Source: Paraphysomonas bandaiensis
Taxonomy: Eukaryota; Protista; Chrysophyceae
Length of the DNA stretch: 64,000 bases
NCBI GenBank assembly: GCA_965644295.1
Contig: CBFFRP010000288.1
Coordinates: forward strand, 124,001 to 188,000
Direction of reading: 5' to 3'
Both the position numbers and the translations under genes were made by a program. The notes beneath the pieces are model-generated. The model ran no database searches. It was not told where the DNA came from and saw only the letters and a program-made list of their open reading frames with translations. Of this stretch, positions 23,151 to 35,680 are shown piece after piece (the first letter of the stretch is position 1; each line of letters begins with the position of its first letter).

Positions 23151-23814
23151 CAGGGCTGCGTATCAATTAATTGTTAATAATTGAAATTGAGACATAAAAT
23201 CATAATTGAGTGACTCCAGCTTGCTTCAACTATTTTTTTAATAAAATATCATATTTTTACACAGAAAAGTCGTTAAAAAACGACATTTTTTACTACAAAT
23301 ATCCAATTTACGATCTTCGATTTTTGATGAAGACTAAAACATATCCATAGGATTATCTCACATAATATTTCATTTAATTAGTGCGATAAACTAGTACCAA
23401 AAGCCATTATACGAGTGTTCTCTGAGAAAATAAAAAATAAATGATAGTAAGCAAGAGGCATTATAGGGGGAACAACCTGTCACAGCCAGCTTGCCATCAA
23501 ACATGATGGATGCAAATATGAAATTTTAGCTGTCTAGCGAAAAGGAACATCAGCTCACATTGTTTGATGAATTAATTATTAGGCACGCAATTGTATACCG
23601 TCATCTGGGCGAGAATGCTGCTAACACTGCTTTCAAAAAGGCAGCCGTGACGATTCAATATGGCAATGAAGCGGCACTAACTTTGCTTGATGAAGATGAA
23701 GAAGATAAAAGTGACAGTGAGAGTAATAATCGAAATTGTGACAGCAAGTAATAGTTGCAATTATAATTGAATACAACCTGCGTCAATTAATTGACAACGA
23801 AGCACGCAGCCCTG
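23151..23814 (+). mobile_element. hAT family C non-autonomous copy, 664 bp
   Basis: CAGGGCTGCGTATCAATTAATTG ... ACGCAGCCCTG; degenerate TSD AGAGATAG/CGAGACAG; remnant RHLGEN..FKKAAVTIQYGNEA matches the 17772 ORF. Confidence 0.9.
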
Positions 23815-25089
23815 CGAGACAGTGGTTTTCTAAATTTTAGATATCAACACTCAAACTATTTGTGATTATTAATTAGTCGTGTCAAGATTAGGTGATGTGA
23901 CCAGCGTGACTGAGTTTCGCAATATTGCTAGTACCGTCTCATCCTATAATGTTATAAGCACGCTGTACTGAGCATGGAGAAACTGGAATTTACCCGATAT
24001 ATTTTACAAGAAATGTGAATTGTGTTAATATATATTCAAGTAGTTATAGCATTTGCAAATCATGGCAAATTTCTAGTTAATGGCTTGAGTTATGGCAATA
24101 ATATTTCGAGAGTACACATATCGAGAAGAATAAGAAAAAATATGCACGTCTATGATTTCGCCAGCAGAGCTACAAAATACTACGTTTCAAAATATCTGAT
24201 AGTACGATGTAATTAAAATTTCTACTCCACAACAGAAATTCATCACAAGCAGATATGTTTGTTTTATGAGAACGTCATTTCTTCCATACAGCATACATCT
24301 GCAAAGAATTGAAACCAAACTGTACAACTTAACAGTAATTAACTCTTCTTGATCTTTGTAAGACAATACAAGGCTACCGCTATGTCAAAATGGTATGTTT
24401 CTACATTATTAAGCACAACTAGTGAATGAGATCATATGCATTTCGCTATTGAAAGGAATTCGTCCTTGCTTGTTGTCGGATATGATCATGAGGATATGAT
24501 GATCATATGCAGCCTCCTACTGAAAATACAACCAACATCCTGAAAACATGATATTTTTGTAGATTTAGTGGATTTTTAGCTTACTCCAAGTATTTCTTGG
24601 GCTGTACATGAGATCATTTGGCTGGGCCAACTCTCCCAAAGAATAGCGTATTCTTTATGAATAAGTGGGAGCACTTCAATGCAATAATCAATAGCAGAAT
24701 ATATCCATATCTTGTCAATATCTTATCTCGATATGTATCTCAGTATCTGTACTGCTTTATTATGGAATTGAATAGTTGGAAACTACAGCTGTATAAATTC
24801 CAGTTGTACCAGTATGTGCCTTTTCGGCTATGTCACTTTTTAGCATCTTGTAGGGTTACTTCACCACATATTCAGACTTCAATTGACATGCGAAATTAGT
24901 TGACGTATGATACTAAGAAGTTCAATAAGGATAGAACTTCGTTGAACTTTATAAATCTTCATCATCAACTAAATATGTCAGTGAATTATATTCGAATATG
25001 TTCTATTCAGTGACATCTTAGAAGACTTATGGACATATATATGATACAGATTACAGTTTACTTGATTATTATTCATATCAGACAGTAAT

Positions 25090-26849
25090 ATGATGAAGTA
25101 TAATGAAAATATTCTTGCCGATTCGGCCAATACATTGTATGGAGATGAGTATCATGCAGATATGGAGGAATTCTCCATATTTGACGAAGCAGTTGGGTTT
25201 CGAGAGGGATCTAATTATATGACATCTCACGTATCGAAACAAATATACCCCTCTGCTATGACCTCAATGGGCATGATGAGAGATCATTCTCCATTGAATG
25301 AATACACATCCACTCAGAGCAACCACTTCCACTGCTATGGGAGTGAATGTATAGAGGAATCGAAGCATGTTGATCTCTATCAAGGTTCTGCTTATATGTC
25401 AGACAAGCATATGGGTTCCAGAACGAATGATCATTACTTTGGAACTGCATACTTCCCAGATACTAACGGAGATTCATCGTAAGTATACCATTTCAGGTGT
25501 TGGTCTCTTATGTTTGTTTTGGTCAGGACGTATGCCTCCAATTCTGGATCTCTGGGCGGTTCTCGCCATCCTTATTTGGAAGTTACAGAAGAACCGTCAG
25601 GGACTTACTGTTCCAACCAACCAGATAGGTTCTATGGTGACTACACTGGCTATGAGAACACAGAGGTGTTGGACTTAACGTCGAGCACCGAGTGGGTCCC
25701 CTCATGTTTGCGCTCGCCATCCAATCCTAACTCCCTCTCTCCTCCTGGTGTATCTGACCGGCGTGAGTTGTGGCTAATGGATCCATCCCCGCTACCACCT
25801 GCTCAGTTGACCTTTCCTATGACCCAGTCATTACCGAAGGAATCCCGGAATGGGCGTAAGTCAAATCTTTCGCCATACTCTAAACAGTGGACACCGCGTG
25901 CAAATCAACACGCCCAGAACGTGCATGCACACGGGCGCACGCACACAAAGCATTCTCCAGCGAAAGCACAGATTCAAAACCCCTACGCTTGTTATCCGAA
26001 GGACTCGCAGCAGCGCGAATCAGCGGACGGATTTGTCTACCAGGTATTATCCAACATTGCGTATATTTCATCGAGTATAGATCTACTCAAAAGCTCGCGG
26101 TTCATTCTCTTTACCCTGTTAGGTTCGTTTTAAACACGTAAGCAAGTATTACCTTCTTGCCTCGTCTGCCCTCACTGGCTCTCCGCCTCTACGAATTGAA
26201 AACGGCTCTTATGTTAAGGTGGAAGCAGACCGCGGAGAAGATGTGGGGATGGTCATTGGTAAACTCTATCTTGATGGGTTTAAAGAAAGCAAACTCACTG
26301 TTGGTCGTTTTGGAGCGAGTAATGGTGAATACAAACGGGTCACGCGATTGGCCACTGTGGAAGAGAATAACTTGTTGCGTGTCAAAGCCACAGAAGAAAA
26401 GAAAGCCGTTGAGGTAAATGTGGATTGACTTCTTCTGATTGTACTGCTAACATGGAATGTGTACTCCCCTGTAGATATGTCGCCAGAAGATTCATGATGC
26501 AGGCCTTCCTATGAAAGTTGTTGACGCGGAGTTTCAGTTTGACCGGCGAAAGCTTACCTTTTACTTCGAAGCCTCCAAGTACGATATATGAGCGACATGT
26601 ATTCGTGATGATGATGTAACTCTACGAATTGTATCTAATACTATATCACGACAGACGTGTGGATTTCCGTGAGCTGGTTTGTGAATTGTTTTCCCTTTAT
26701 AAAACTCGGATCTGGATGCAGCAGGTTGAGGCCACTTACCACACCAACCAAGGTTAGCACAATAGAGTATAGTTCAATTTGAAGCTCACTATGTTACATC
26801 AGATGGTGAAACTGTTCCAAAGTTGCATTTGATCAAGCATCAGGGGTAA
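25090..26849 (+). CDS. PSP1 C-terminal domain protein, multi-exon (stop at 26757, or 26849 with an extra exon)
   Basis: VEADRGEDVGMV, MKVVDAEFQFDRRKLTFYF, RVDFRELV..LF..YKTRIWM. Confidence 0.88.
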
Positions 26850-27815
26850 TCGAACTGCCCTGATTTGATGTCGGCTTTTAGCCAAGCGCTTTAAGAGAGT
26901 ACATCATTAATGTCATATATAGGCGACTGAATTTCATATGATATATATTCACTTTTTCAATACTTTAAGTGACACAGTCGTCGAATTGTTATTATTTTAT
27001 AGCGGTTGCATACACTAGAGTGCTGGTTTGATTGACACCAAGATCGGTTTTCTATGTTTAGTTATGTTTTCTGATATTTACTTGCTCCACCGTTTTATTG
27101 GTTGATTTTGCTTTTGATTTATTACTTTACAAGAATATTGATTAAATAAAATTATTTTATTTTCGTGCTAATGGTTTCCTATTTTATGTATACAAGAGGT
27201 ACATAATATTTGAAGACTAGATTAATTCGTAGTGTGCACTAGGGTGAAAGTTACCCCGCTATATCTTAAACACTTTACTTTATATAAAGCATAGCTCGCT
27301 TATTTATCCTGAACAATTCTAAAAGTACTACTGCTATAGTTACGGGGAAAGTAGATCATTAATCACTCCAAGTTATATTTGCTTCGTCTATCGTTTGTTC
27401 TAGTAGACAGCGTAGGGAGTGACCGATATATATAACCAGGAGTTATATGTTATACTACATAAAATTCAGCAAGTAATGTGGAACAGTGGTTCCCATTCTG
27501 TCAGGATTAGGGTAATGTCGGGCTTCTCAAGATTGGGTTCGTCATATCATACATAAAGCCTTGGAGTTAGTTAATCTAGCTGTGGTTAAGCGGATTTACA
27601 TAAATATGGTGATGTTGCCAATGACAACAAGGAACAATGCGTGAGTACATCTTTTCCTCAACTAATAGCTATACATACCCGTGGTAAATGTAACCATATG
27701 TGGTGAGCTTAAACACCATGACTACAGTGTCAGTTTCGTGCAGATTGATATGAGCTGTCGCTTTCAAGAACAATAAAGCAATCGATGCGTGCTGATGTAC
27801 TCTGCATTAGTAACC

Positions 27816-29023
27816 TCATAAGATAGATCGGGTAGAACAGATATCATTACAACGAGAGAAAGGAAGCACACGGACAAGTGGAAGGAAATCGCTCAGTTGA
27901 GCCTTAATCATATTAAATTCATGCCTCATGTTAGATTGAGATTCTTTCAGCTCAGCCACATTAAAACTTAAAGCTCTTATTACATTTCGTGTGTCCGACA
28001 TATGTTGATCTAGTGTTGACACATCGATGACATCTTCACCATCAAGTAAGTTCCTCTTCAAGGGTAATGAATTGGTTTCTGAAATGTTTACTCCACGATG
28101 TGAGTACATCAACCCCTGGCGAATTCTTACAGGTCTCCATAACGTGTACCAAGGAACACTGAGGATAGGTTCACCTAACCTGGGTATAATACATACACCC
28201 CACACTTGTCATCGTATGTAGTTAGTGCATCATAAGTACGCAAAGATAGTCTGAATAGAATCTAAAGCCCACCCCCCTCGAGGAATAAGCCAGTGAGGCA
28301 ACGTATACAAGATTAACACTTCTACATATGTCTATATATAGTTGTATACCTGCATTTGTGGATGCTCAGAAGCTGCTGTAGTGGGTCCGGATCGTCCCGA
28401 ATGGCTTTTCATGTTGGGTGTGATTTCCAAATCATATGATGATTCCGAAACCTCATCATCTATGGTGGATAGTAAGGAGTTCACATGTTTGGACTGTCCA
28501 CCCAGTGGAATGCAATCAAATATTCTTAGGGAGAAATTCAGGTTGCATACAATCAACGAAAACAATGCATGGAGAGGGCAAACTATCCAATCGCTTGAAT
28601 GCAGGAATATAAGAAGATCTTGTTGGGAGTGCTGCTTTGACCTAGTAAGTATATTAAACTTAACCCTATCTAACCGTAAATATACATACCTGTTGAGCAT
28701 CACTTGCAAACCTTCAACATATCCTGACATTCGTTGCCCGATATCGCACCATTGCATTGCCGAAATCTCGGATATTCTTCCCAAAGCTTGCCACTGGAAG
28801 ATCAACAAGCACCGATGAGAAATCGACTTCGATGTGTCTTTGCAGAATAGTACCTCCGATAGGGCACGTAAATCCTTCACGGTCATCTCCGGAGCCTGAT
28901 CATTAACTTCGTACCATTTCGTGCGCAGATCACAATATATCGTTGTGTAATTTTCAAACGTAATTTGTGATACCCAATCGGATTAAAAAATAAATGTAGT
29001 ACCCGAAATATCTGTCTCGATTT
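27816..29023 (-). mobile_element. Crypton-like tyrosine recombinase transposon remnant (intron-containing, degenerate)
   Basis: Catalytic motifs GRISE, SKQ, CPLHAL, HSGRSG, RGGW, TIFAY; GT-AG intron at ~28644-28689; stop codon immediately after FAYL. Confidence 0.8.
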
Positions 29024-29254
29024 TCATTCGAAGCTTCGATATATAGTTGAGTGTACATTTTGCTGAGAACTTTTTGCTGAGATCTTACGTAGAAAAAGAA
29101 ATCGAGACAGATATTTCGGGTACTACATTTATTTTTAATGGGTTTTGGTATCGCAAATTACGTTTAAAAATTACACAACGATATATTGTGACCTGCGCAC
29201 GAAATGGTACGAAGTTAAATGATCAGGCTCCGGAGATTACCGTGAAGGATTTAC
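28868..29254. repeat. Imperfect inverted repeat, ~155-bp arms, ~75-bp spacer
   Basis: 28868-29023 is the reverse complement of ~29097-29254 with scattered mismatches. Confidence 0.95.
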
Positions 29255-29418
29255 ATTGCATTATTCATTAATATATGCATTAGTAACATACATATAGCAT
29301 TAACGCTCTTATGTATTAGTCCATGTTCAGACCACTGGGCACAGCTGTAGTATTGCTATAATACAGCGGTATATTAAACAGCAGTGTACACATATATACG
29401 CAGTGTAGTAGATAACTC

Positions 29419-29565
29419 CATAGATACAGCAGTACATACCTGGCATAGAGGAGTACATACGGAGGAGTACATAAAGGAGTAGAAATTCCTACACTCTGTA
29501 TGTACTCCTCTGTATGTACTGCTGTATGTACTCCTCTATGCCAGGTATGTACTGCTGTATCTATG
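29419..29565. repeat. Perfect 42-bp inverted repeat (hairpin)
   Basis: CATAGATACAGCAGTACATACCTGGCATAGAGGAGTACATAC (29419-29460) is the exact reverse complement of 29524-29565. Confidence 0.95.
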
Positions 29566-29675
29566 TAGAGTAATGATTGCATTGGTCTCTTAACATACAT
29601 ATATATGTATATGATCATATCCCTCATCCACACCATATATATGATCTAATTTCTATCAACTTAATATATAATTCA

Positions 29676-31106
29676 ATGACAACTGTAATTCCCTTATCCC
29701 GATATACAACACACTTATTTTGGCTTGAAATTGATATTATCTTTCACACTATCTGTCATTATTTAACACTATCAGATCTAATGAATCTAGATACATCAAT
29801 GTGTAATCATACATATCAGATACGTGATATATTCTTAAAACAATTATCTGGATATCAATTAATGGAGTTCCAGTATAGTACATACAATGGAAAAGATTTA
29901 CATTATCATATACAATTAATGAGACTTTGTATGTATGATACTGATTGTTTTAATGTATATTCAGTACAAATATTTAACTCAAAAGTATTATTGTGGTTAA
30001 AAAAACGACATATTGTGTGTACTTTAGTGAAGTTGAAAGATAGTAAAGTACCAGAGGATTTGCCTCGATTAGATAGTATAATAGTTCCTGCAGAAAAGAG
30101 AGGTAGGGTCACGCTTTGTTCAGATAATGCTGTGATAAAGCTCTGTGGAGAATATCCATTATTAAAGAGCATCATGGTATGCGTATCAGATGTAGCACTG
30201 CCATCACTAAAGCAGTTGGAGCTCTTGGAAAGTCTCTATCTTCATGAAAGTTCTACACTTTCTGCTGAAGCATTTCGAGTCATTGCAGAGAGCTGTCGTC
30301 GACTAGAGTCTATACAGTTGCCGTGCAGATTGCTGTGTTTGGAAGCTATGAAGGCTTTTTCTCCTGGGCGCTTAGTACATCTATCATTGTTAAATCCGTT
30401 CGAGTTTACCTGTCCAGGGTTTATTTCCTGTCTATACCTCTTAAGTAATCTTGAGACACTTGATATGTCGGGCTGCAATCTCACAGATGATACTCTTGTG
30501 GCAATATCTGAAAAGTGTTTTCAATTAAAGGAGCTACATGTAAATGCATGTACGGATATTACTTATATGTCTGTCCTTTCTGTCTTTTTAAACTGCAAAT
30601 TCCTCAGTCACTTGTCTATCGAGGGGTGCTACGACGTCAAATCACAGTGCTTTACACTCCCTTTTCAGAACGGTCATTCACTACCTATGTTAGTCTACTT
30701 GAATCTAGGTGATACGTTTCGAATTATTGGCGAATGCATCGATGCAGTAGCGAGCATATGTCCGAATCTTAAATACTTGAACATCAGCGACTCCCAAGTT
30801 AATGACAGTGTTGCAGTCACAATTGCCGAAAACTTCCCACATCTTGAGTATTGTGGCCTTACCAACTGTAAGGATATTACTAGTTTGGCTATCTGCAGTC
30901 TAGTTAAAAAATTGCACTTTTTGAAGTTTCTCAATATTGCATATAGCAGTGGTTTGAATCGACGTTCCATTAATGCTGTTGGGACACACTGTAGGAGACT
31001 GTTGAAATTGTATATAACACGGAAAAAGGAGAGTTTATCAGAAACATATAGAGAACTACAGGCCTATTTGCCTAACCTTATTGTTGTAGAAGTGGCATAC
31101 AAATAG
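29676..31106 (+). CDS. F-box/LRR-like (FBXL/AMN1-type cysteine-containing LRR) protein, intronless
   Basis: Repeats LETLDMSGCNLTDDTL, LKELHVNACTDIT, LKYLNISDSQVND; N-terminal YLTLSDLMNLDTSMCN; first suitable ATG at 29676. Confidence 0.85.
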   Translation: MTTVIPLSRYTTHLFWLEIDIIFHTICHYLTLSDLMNLDTSMCNHTYQIRDIFLKQLSGYQLMEFQYSTYNGKDLHYHIQLMRLCMYDTDCFNVYSVQIFNSKVLLWLKKRHIVCTLVKLKDSKVPEDLPRLDSIIVPAEKRGRVTLCSDNAVIKLCGEYPLLKSIMVCVSDVALPSLKQLELLESLYLHESSTLSAEAFRVIAESCRRLESIQLPCRLLCLEAMKAFSPGRLVHLSLLNPFEFTCPGFISCLYLLSNLETLDMSGCNLTDDTLVAISEKCFQLKELHVNACTDITYMSVLSVFLNCKFLSHLSIEGCYDVKSQCFTLPFQNGHSLPMLVYLNLGDTFRIIGECIDAVASICPNLKYLNISDSQVNDSVAVTIAENFPHLEYCGLTNCKDITSLAICSLVKKLHFLKFLNIAYSSGLNRRSINAVGTHCRRLLKLYITRKKESLSETYRELQAYLPNLIVVEVAYK

Positions 31107-32619
31107 ACGTTTAATTAATTACGCAACGTTTGATTTATGGTAACAGGCAACAGTGCGGACGTGCGAACTGCGAACACGTCTTAATAAGCAAACACGATAC
31201 CACAGCACAAGCATGTGTATGTCGCAGCCAAAAAGGTTGGAAGATTATGCAGCAGAGCTAAGGATATTAAGACATTGAGACTGATTTGCGCAAGAGTTTG
31301 ACTCCTCTGCATATAGTACATTCAAACTTGAGTAGGCAGTTTGGTATAAATTATTTCGGGCAGCAAATAAAAATTACATATATACTATGTATCGAGCTGA
31401 AATAAGATTTAAGGTTAGTCTTGATATTTAGTAAGAATATACTTGATATTATTAGAGATAAAGATCGAACGATAAGGCCTAATAGTATAATAGCAAGACA
31501 TGTTTGAGCAGAGCGTTAGCACCACACGTGTGCGTATCTTGTACAGTCGCGTATCATGTATAGTTTGGTAATTATTCAGTCTATTTGGTATTTCATTGTA
31601 TACGTGTGTTGTATTCACGCGTTAAGAGATATACGTGAATCAATGACTCCTAATAAGCTGAACTAAGTTTTGTAGGTCATAATCTACCGTTCATATTGTA
31701 TCTATATTAGTTTTACTATAACAAACATCAAACCGTGTGGTCATAGTGTAAGCCTGCACGCAGCGTATATATAACTCTTAAACTTTGTACCAACTCAACG
31801 CAGTCGCCGAGATGCCCAACCCTTAGCTATATCAGCTGCCATTTCTTATACACGTAGATTCTACGAGCGCCACTCTTTTCCCTACACGTGTTAGATGTCT
31901 GTTAGCTTCACATGCAGGATACGATGCGATGCTTCTAGTAGTTAAGAGGAACGCAGGCTGATAAGATCATAACCTCACTGGGAATACATGAGCTCATAGT
32001 TCTTTCATGCCATATGCTGCTGGTTGTTGATTTAGCTGGTGAAAGGTATGGTTAAGTGGCAATCATACAGGAGAGTTGGTCTATTTCAAAGACAGAGATA
32101 GCAGAGTTGATTCCATGACCATAACACCAGAGGGCTCTCAGGTAATACGATCGGATGATATTGTAAAAGTATTCAATATAGTGGTTCGAAACAGAGCATA
32201 TGAATATACGCATACTGCAGAGCTGATCATCAGAGACTCACATAAGAATCACTCCACTTGAGTGTCATTTTCCTCTCTGATTTGAAGGTATATACTAATA
32301 TGATTGTATCATTTATAGATACTTTCTCATAGTGTCCTGTGCGTATTGATGTATATGAAGACACTGTGTTGGAGCATGTTAATCATAAACTGAAATCTCT
32401 TTTTTTCGAAATTTGAAGATACAAGTCCATGATATGCATATGCATGTACATGTATGTATATAGAAGACAATCATCACATTGACCACGCCATAAAGATATA
32501 CATGATAGTGTCATATTCAGGCAGGCGTAAGCCAGATATGAATGATTTGGTAGTGGAAATGTTGTATCTCTAATCGATGCGTAACGGAAGGCTTCAATTG
32601 CAGAATAGAAACAGACGCA

Positions 32620-32850
32620 GGAGGAGAGAGAAATTCAGCGGTGGCATACCAAGCGATGGTGGATCACAATCGTAGAGTAATGTTGATATCTTTCATCTAT
32701 GATGGACGCGAATGCGCCAGGACAATTACAGTCAAGGACGAATTCACATATGGCGTGATGATGGGTAAGCTGAAGGATGCGGAGTTCAACTTATACAGTG
32801 AGAACGCTGAGCTCATGAGATGCAAAGGAGAATACAATATTCCTAAATAA
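32620..32850 (+). pseudogene. PIF/Harbinger-type transposase fragment
   Basis: AYQAMVDHNRRVMLIS..DG.E..RTITVKD...DAEFNLY...CKG resembles the segment preceding the DxGY motif of PIF/Harbinger DDE nucleases. No TIRs identified. Confidence 0.55.
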
Positions 32851-33099
32851 GGCGCACCCTCAGTTTTGTATATATTACGACATAATACGTGTGAGTATAC
32901 ACGGTGTGTATGCGAGTGTAGCAATTTGGGTGTAGTTTAAATGGTGGATTATGGGGTTATTGTGTTGTAAAGGGCCAGAATGAAGTAGCATAAATAGTAG
33001 CATGAGAAAAGATATAGAAGATGGATATGACAAGGTCAAGTGATACAACTATTAAGGTCAGATACAGGGTTGGAGTGTACCAGGACTATCCGTACATTG

Positions 33100-33500
33100 G
33101 AAAACATATATTGCAATAATGCTATTGTTAGATAGCGTTCCATCAATAGTATTGACGGAGTTTTTAAGCCGGCCCTACAATACTATTGCATTATATTGTA
33201 CACTATATTGCAATATATTAGTATGACTAACCAGTAAGTAAACACATCCGTAGTTTCCATTTTTAGTACTTGTCATTATAAGGTCTAAGGTCACTTGATA
33301 ATCCAACCCACTACTCTTAACTAATTAAAAGTTTACTCATACACATCCTCTGAGCCATCATCGGTGACATCATCGTCACCATATTTATTCATTATTGATT
33401 GAAATATGCTTGCATCCGGCCAAAACTGTCGGTTAGCTTTCAGAAAAAACAGCATATTAAGTGTAGTAGGATGTATTAAGTGCGCAACACTGATGTAATC
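33100..33500 (-). mobile_element. Older inverted 3' fragment of hAT family A (target of the 33501 insertion)
   Basis: Reverse complement of 35085-35490 with divergence; the sequence resumes as AGTTT after the right TSD at 35514. Confidence 0.9.
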
Positions 33501-35505
33501 CAGGGATAGGGAACAATATATTGTATTGCAATATATTGTACAATATATTGCAATATATTGTAAAATATATTGATTGGTGGACTGGTCAAATATTCCATCA
33601 ATAGTGTTTCTGTTAATAGAGCTCACAATACTATTGCAATATATTGCAATCAATATTATGATAGTCATATAAGAGAAGATCCTCAACTGTATGGTGCAAA
33701 ATATACGCCTCTGTATACAAATATCCGGAAAATAAGAAAAAAAGCCTATTTTTGATGTTATTTTCTATTTTTTATGTATCGCCAGCTCAAACAGCACTCT
33801 ACACCCCTCCACATGTATGTACAGTACTTCTCTTAATATAGTATATATATCCTATAGTGACAAGAAGAGACAACTGAATGATGAGTGCATACAAGAGTAG
33901 GGACATTTACCGCTGTTTTTGGAGTCCGGTCGAAGGTGTCCCGAACAAACACGAGTGTAAAATCTGCGGACGTAAACGACAACAGAATATTCGGAATGGA
34001 TACAACAATCTAAAGGATCACACTTTCTCTCATGATGTGTGGGAGGAGACATTGAAGAGGTATTTACGGGCTGTCTGCACCAATGGTCCCATGGATGCTT
34101 TTGTTCTGCAGCCTTCAGACAAGGCGAAAACAATTTATGAGTGGGTGGAGTGGATTGTCGAGGAAAATCTTCCATTAAATTTCTGTGAGAAGAAATTAAC
34201 TAGAAATAAGACTTCTTTGGGTAAGATAACTACAAAAACACTGAAAAAATATATGAGACTGTTGGAACTGAAGCTACGTGATATGATTAAAGATATATTA
34301 CCACCAACATTTGGTCTAGTCATGGACGGTTGGACGTCGGACTCCCACCACTACAGTGCAATATTTGCAACCTTTTGCGACCGAACCAATACTCCGAATT
34401 TGTTATTGTTGTCTTGTAATGTGCAAGAGGATATTGATGACAACACTGTTTTCGATGAAGATCTACCTGATGAAGAGAAATTCTACGGATTCACTGCTGC
34501 GGATTGGTTTGATACTATCGTATCAGGTTCTCGTAAAGTGGATGCGTATAAAAGATCATGTATTAAAAATTGAAGACTTACCGCTTGCAGTTACTGATAT
34601 GATTCCTACTCCTCGACAGAATACCGAAATAATCGCCCTTGTAGACGACCTGAGGAAGTTTGAAAGCGTCTCGAAATTGCTTCAAACTGGAGGATCAAGT
34701 CAAGTGAATCTTTATGAATGCCGGAACATATTTGATGGCTTATTGAGGGACTTTAGGCCAAAGTATCCACTATCTGCTTTACAGAAAAACAGTCCCATTG
34801 TTAATGATCCGAATTTCGAGAATGGAATTGCAAAACTCCAAGCAGGCGAAGAATTGGACTTGACAATATCTGAGAAAGATGCTGTTAGAATATATCTCCG
34901 TTCAGACAGTGATTATTGCAACAATACAGAGGATGATGAAGCTGAAGTTGGCTATGCGGAAAAAATTCTTCAATCAGCTCAAAAACTTAAGAAGCGAAAA
35001 GTTGAAATATCTAAGTACAGGTGCACGAGTCATGTAGTATGTACTTCCAATACGTGTGAACGCCTGTTCAGCGCAGCAAAACTGATTATATCAGTGTTGC
35101 GCAAACGTATGCATCCTACTACACTTAATATGCTGTTGTTTCTGAAAGCTAACCGACAGTTTTGGCCGGATGCAAGCATATTTCAATCAATATTGAATGA
35201 ATATGGTGATGATGATGTCACCGATGATGGCTCAGAGGATGAGTATGAGGAAACTTTTAATTAGTTAAGAGTAGTGGGTTTGATTATCAAGTGACCTTAG
35301 ACCTTATAAAATATGGCAAGTACTAAAAATGAAAACTACGGATGTGTTTACTTACTGATTAGTCATACTAATATATTGCAATATATTGTACAATATATTG
35401 CAATATATTGCAATAGTATTGTAGGGCCGGTTTAAAAAATCCATCAATACTATTGATGGAACGCTACCTAACAATAGTATTGCAATATATTGTTCCCTAT
35501 CCCTG
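33501..35505 (+). mobile_element. hAT family A element, 2005 bp, internally deleted
   Basis: Perfect TIR CAGGGATAGGGAACAATATATTG; TSD ATGTAATC (33493-33500, 35506-35513); CAATATATTG subterminal repeats. Confidence 0.96.
33878..35264 (+). pseudogene. hAT transposase with BED-like zinc finger; central deletion and frameshift near 34520
   Basis: CKIC...LKDHTFSH, MDGWT, SNTCERLFSAAK present. The GDN, CxxH and RW motifs seen in the family B transposase are missing. Confidence 0.88.
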
Positions 35506-35516
35506 ATGTAATCAGT

Positions 35517-35616
35517 TTCTCACAATACGATTAACAAGAGTACAACTTTATACTACTGTAATTTTAAATACCATATAACTAAATCTTTCACTTGCTCTTA
35601 CATAGCAGAACTCAAC
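35517..35616 (-). repeat. Fragment of the LTR-like repeat
   Basis: Reverse complement aligns with 7420-7520. Confidence 0.7.
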
Positions 35617-35680
35617 CTACACTACAAGGTTTTCTCCTACACTTATAAAAACGGACGTGCTCACACCTTGGTGTTTGCGC

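Noticed and set aside
23900-24950. Decayed coding-like sequence on the minus strand
   Set aside because: No recognisable motif or consistent frame.
33333-33686. 117-aa minus-strand ORF (similar ORF at 15203-15496)
   Set aside because: Chance read-through across a hAT terminus into flanking relic sequence.
5045-35513. Shared nTnnnAnn pattern in the four perfect hAT TSDs
   Set aside because: Only four sites from three families, mixed orientation and an AT-rich background; not significant.
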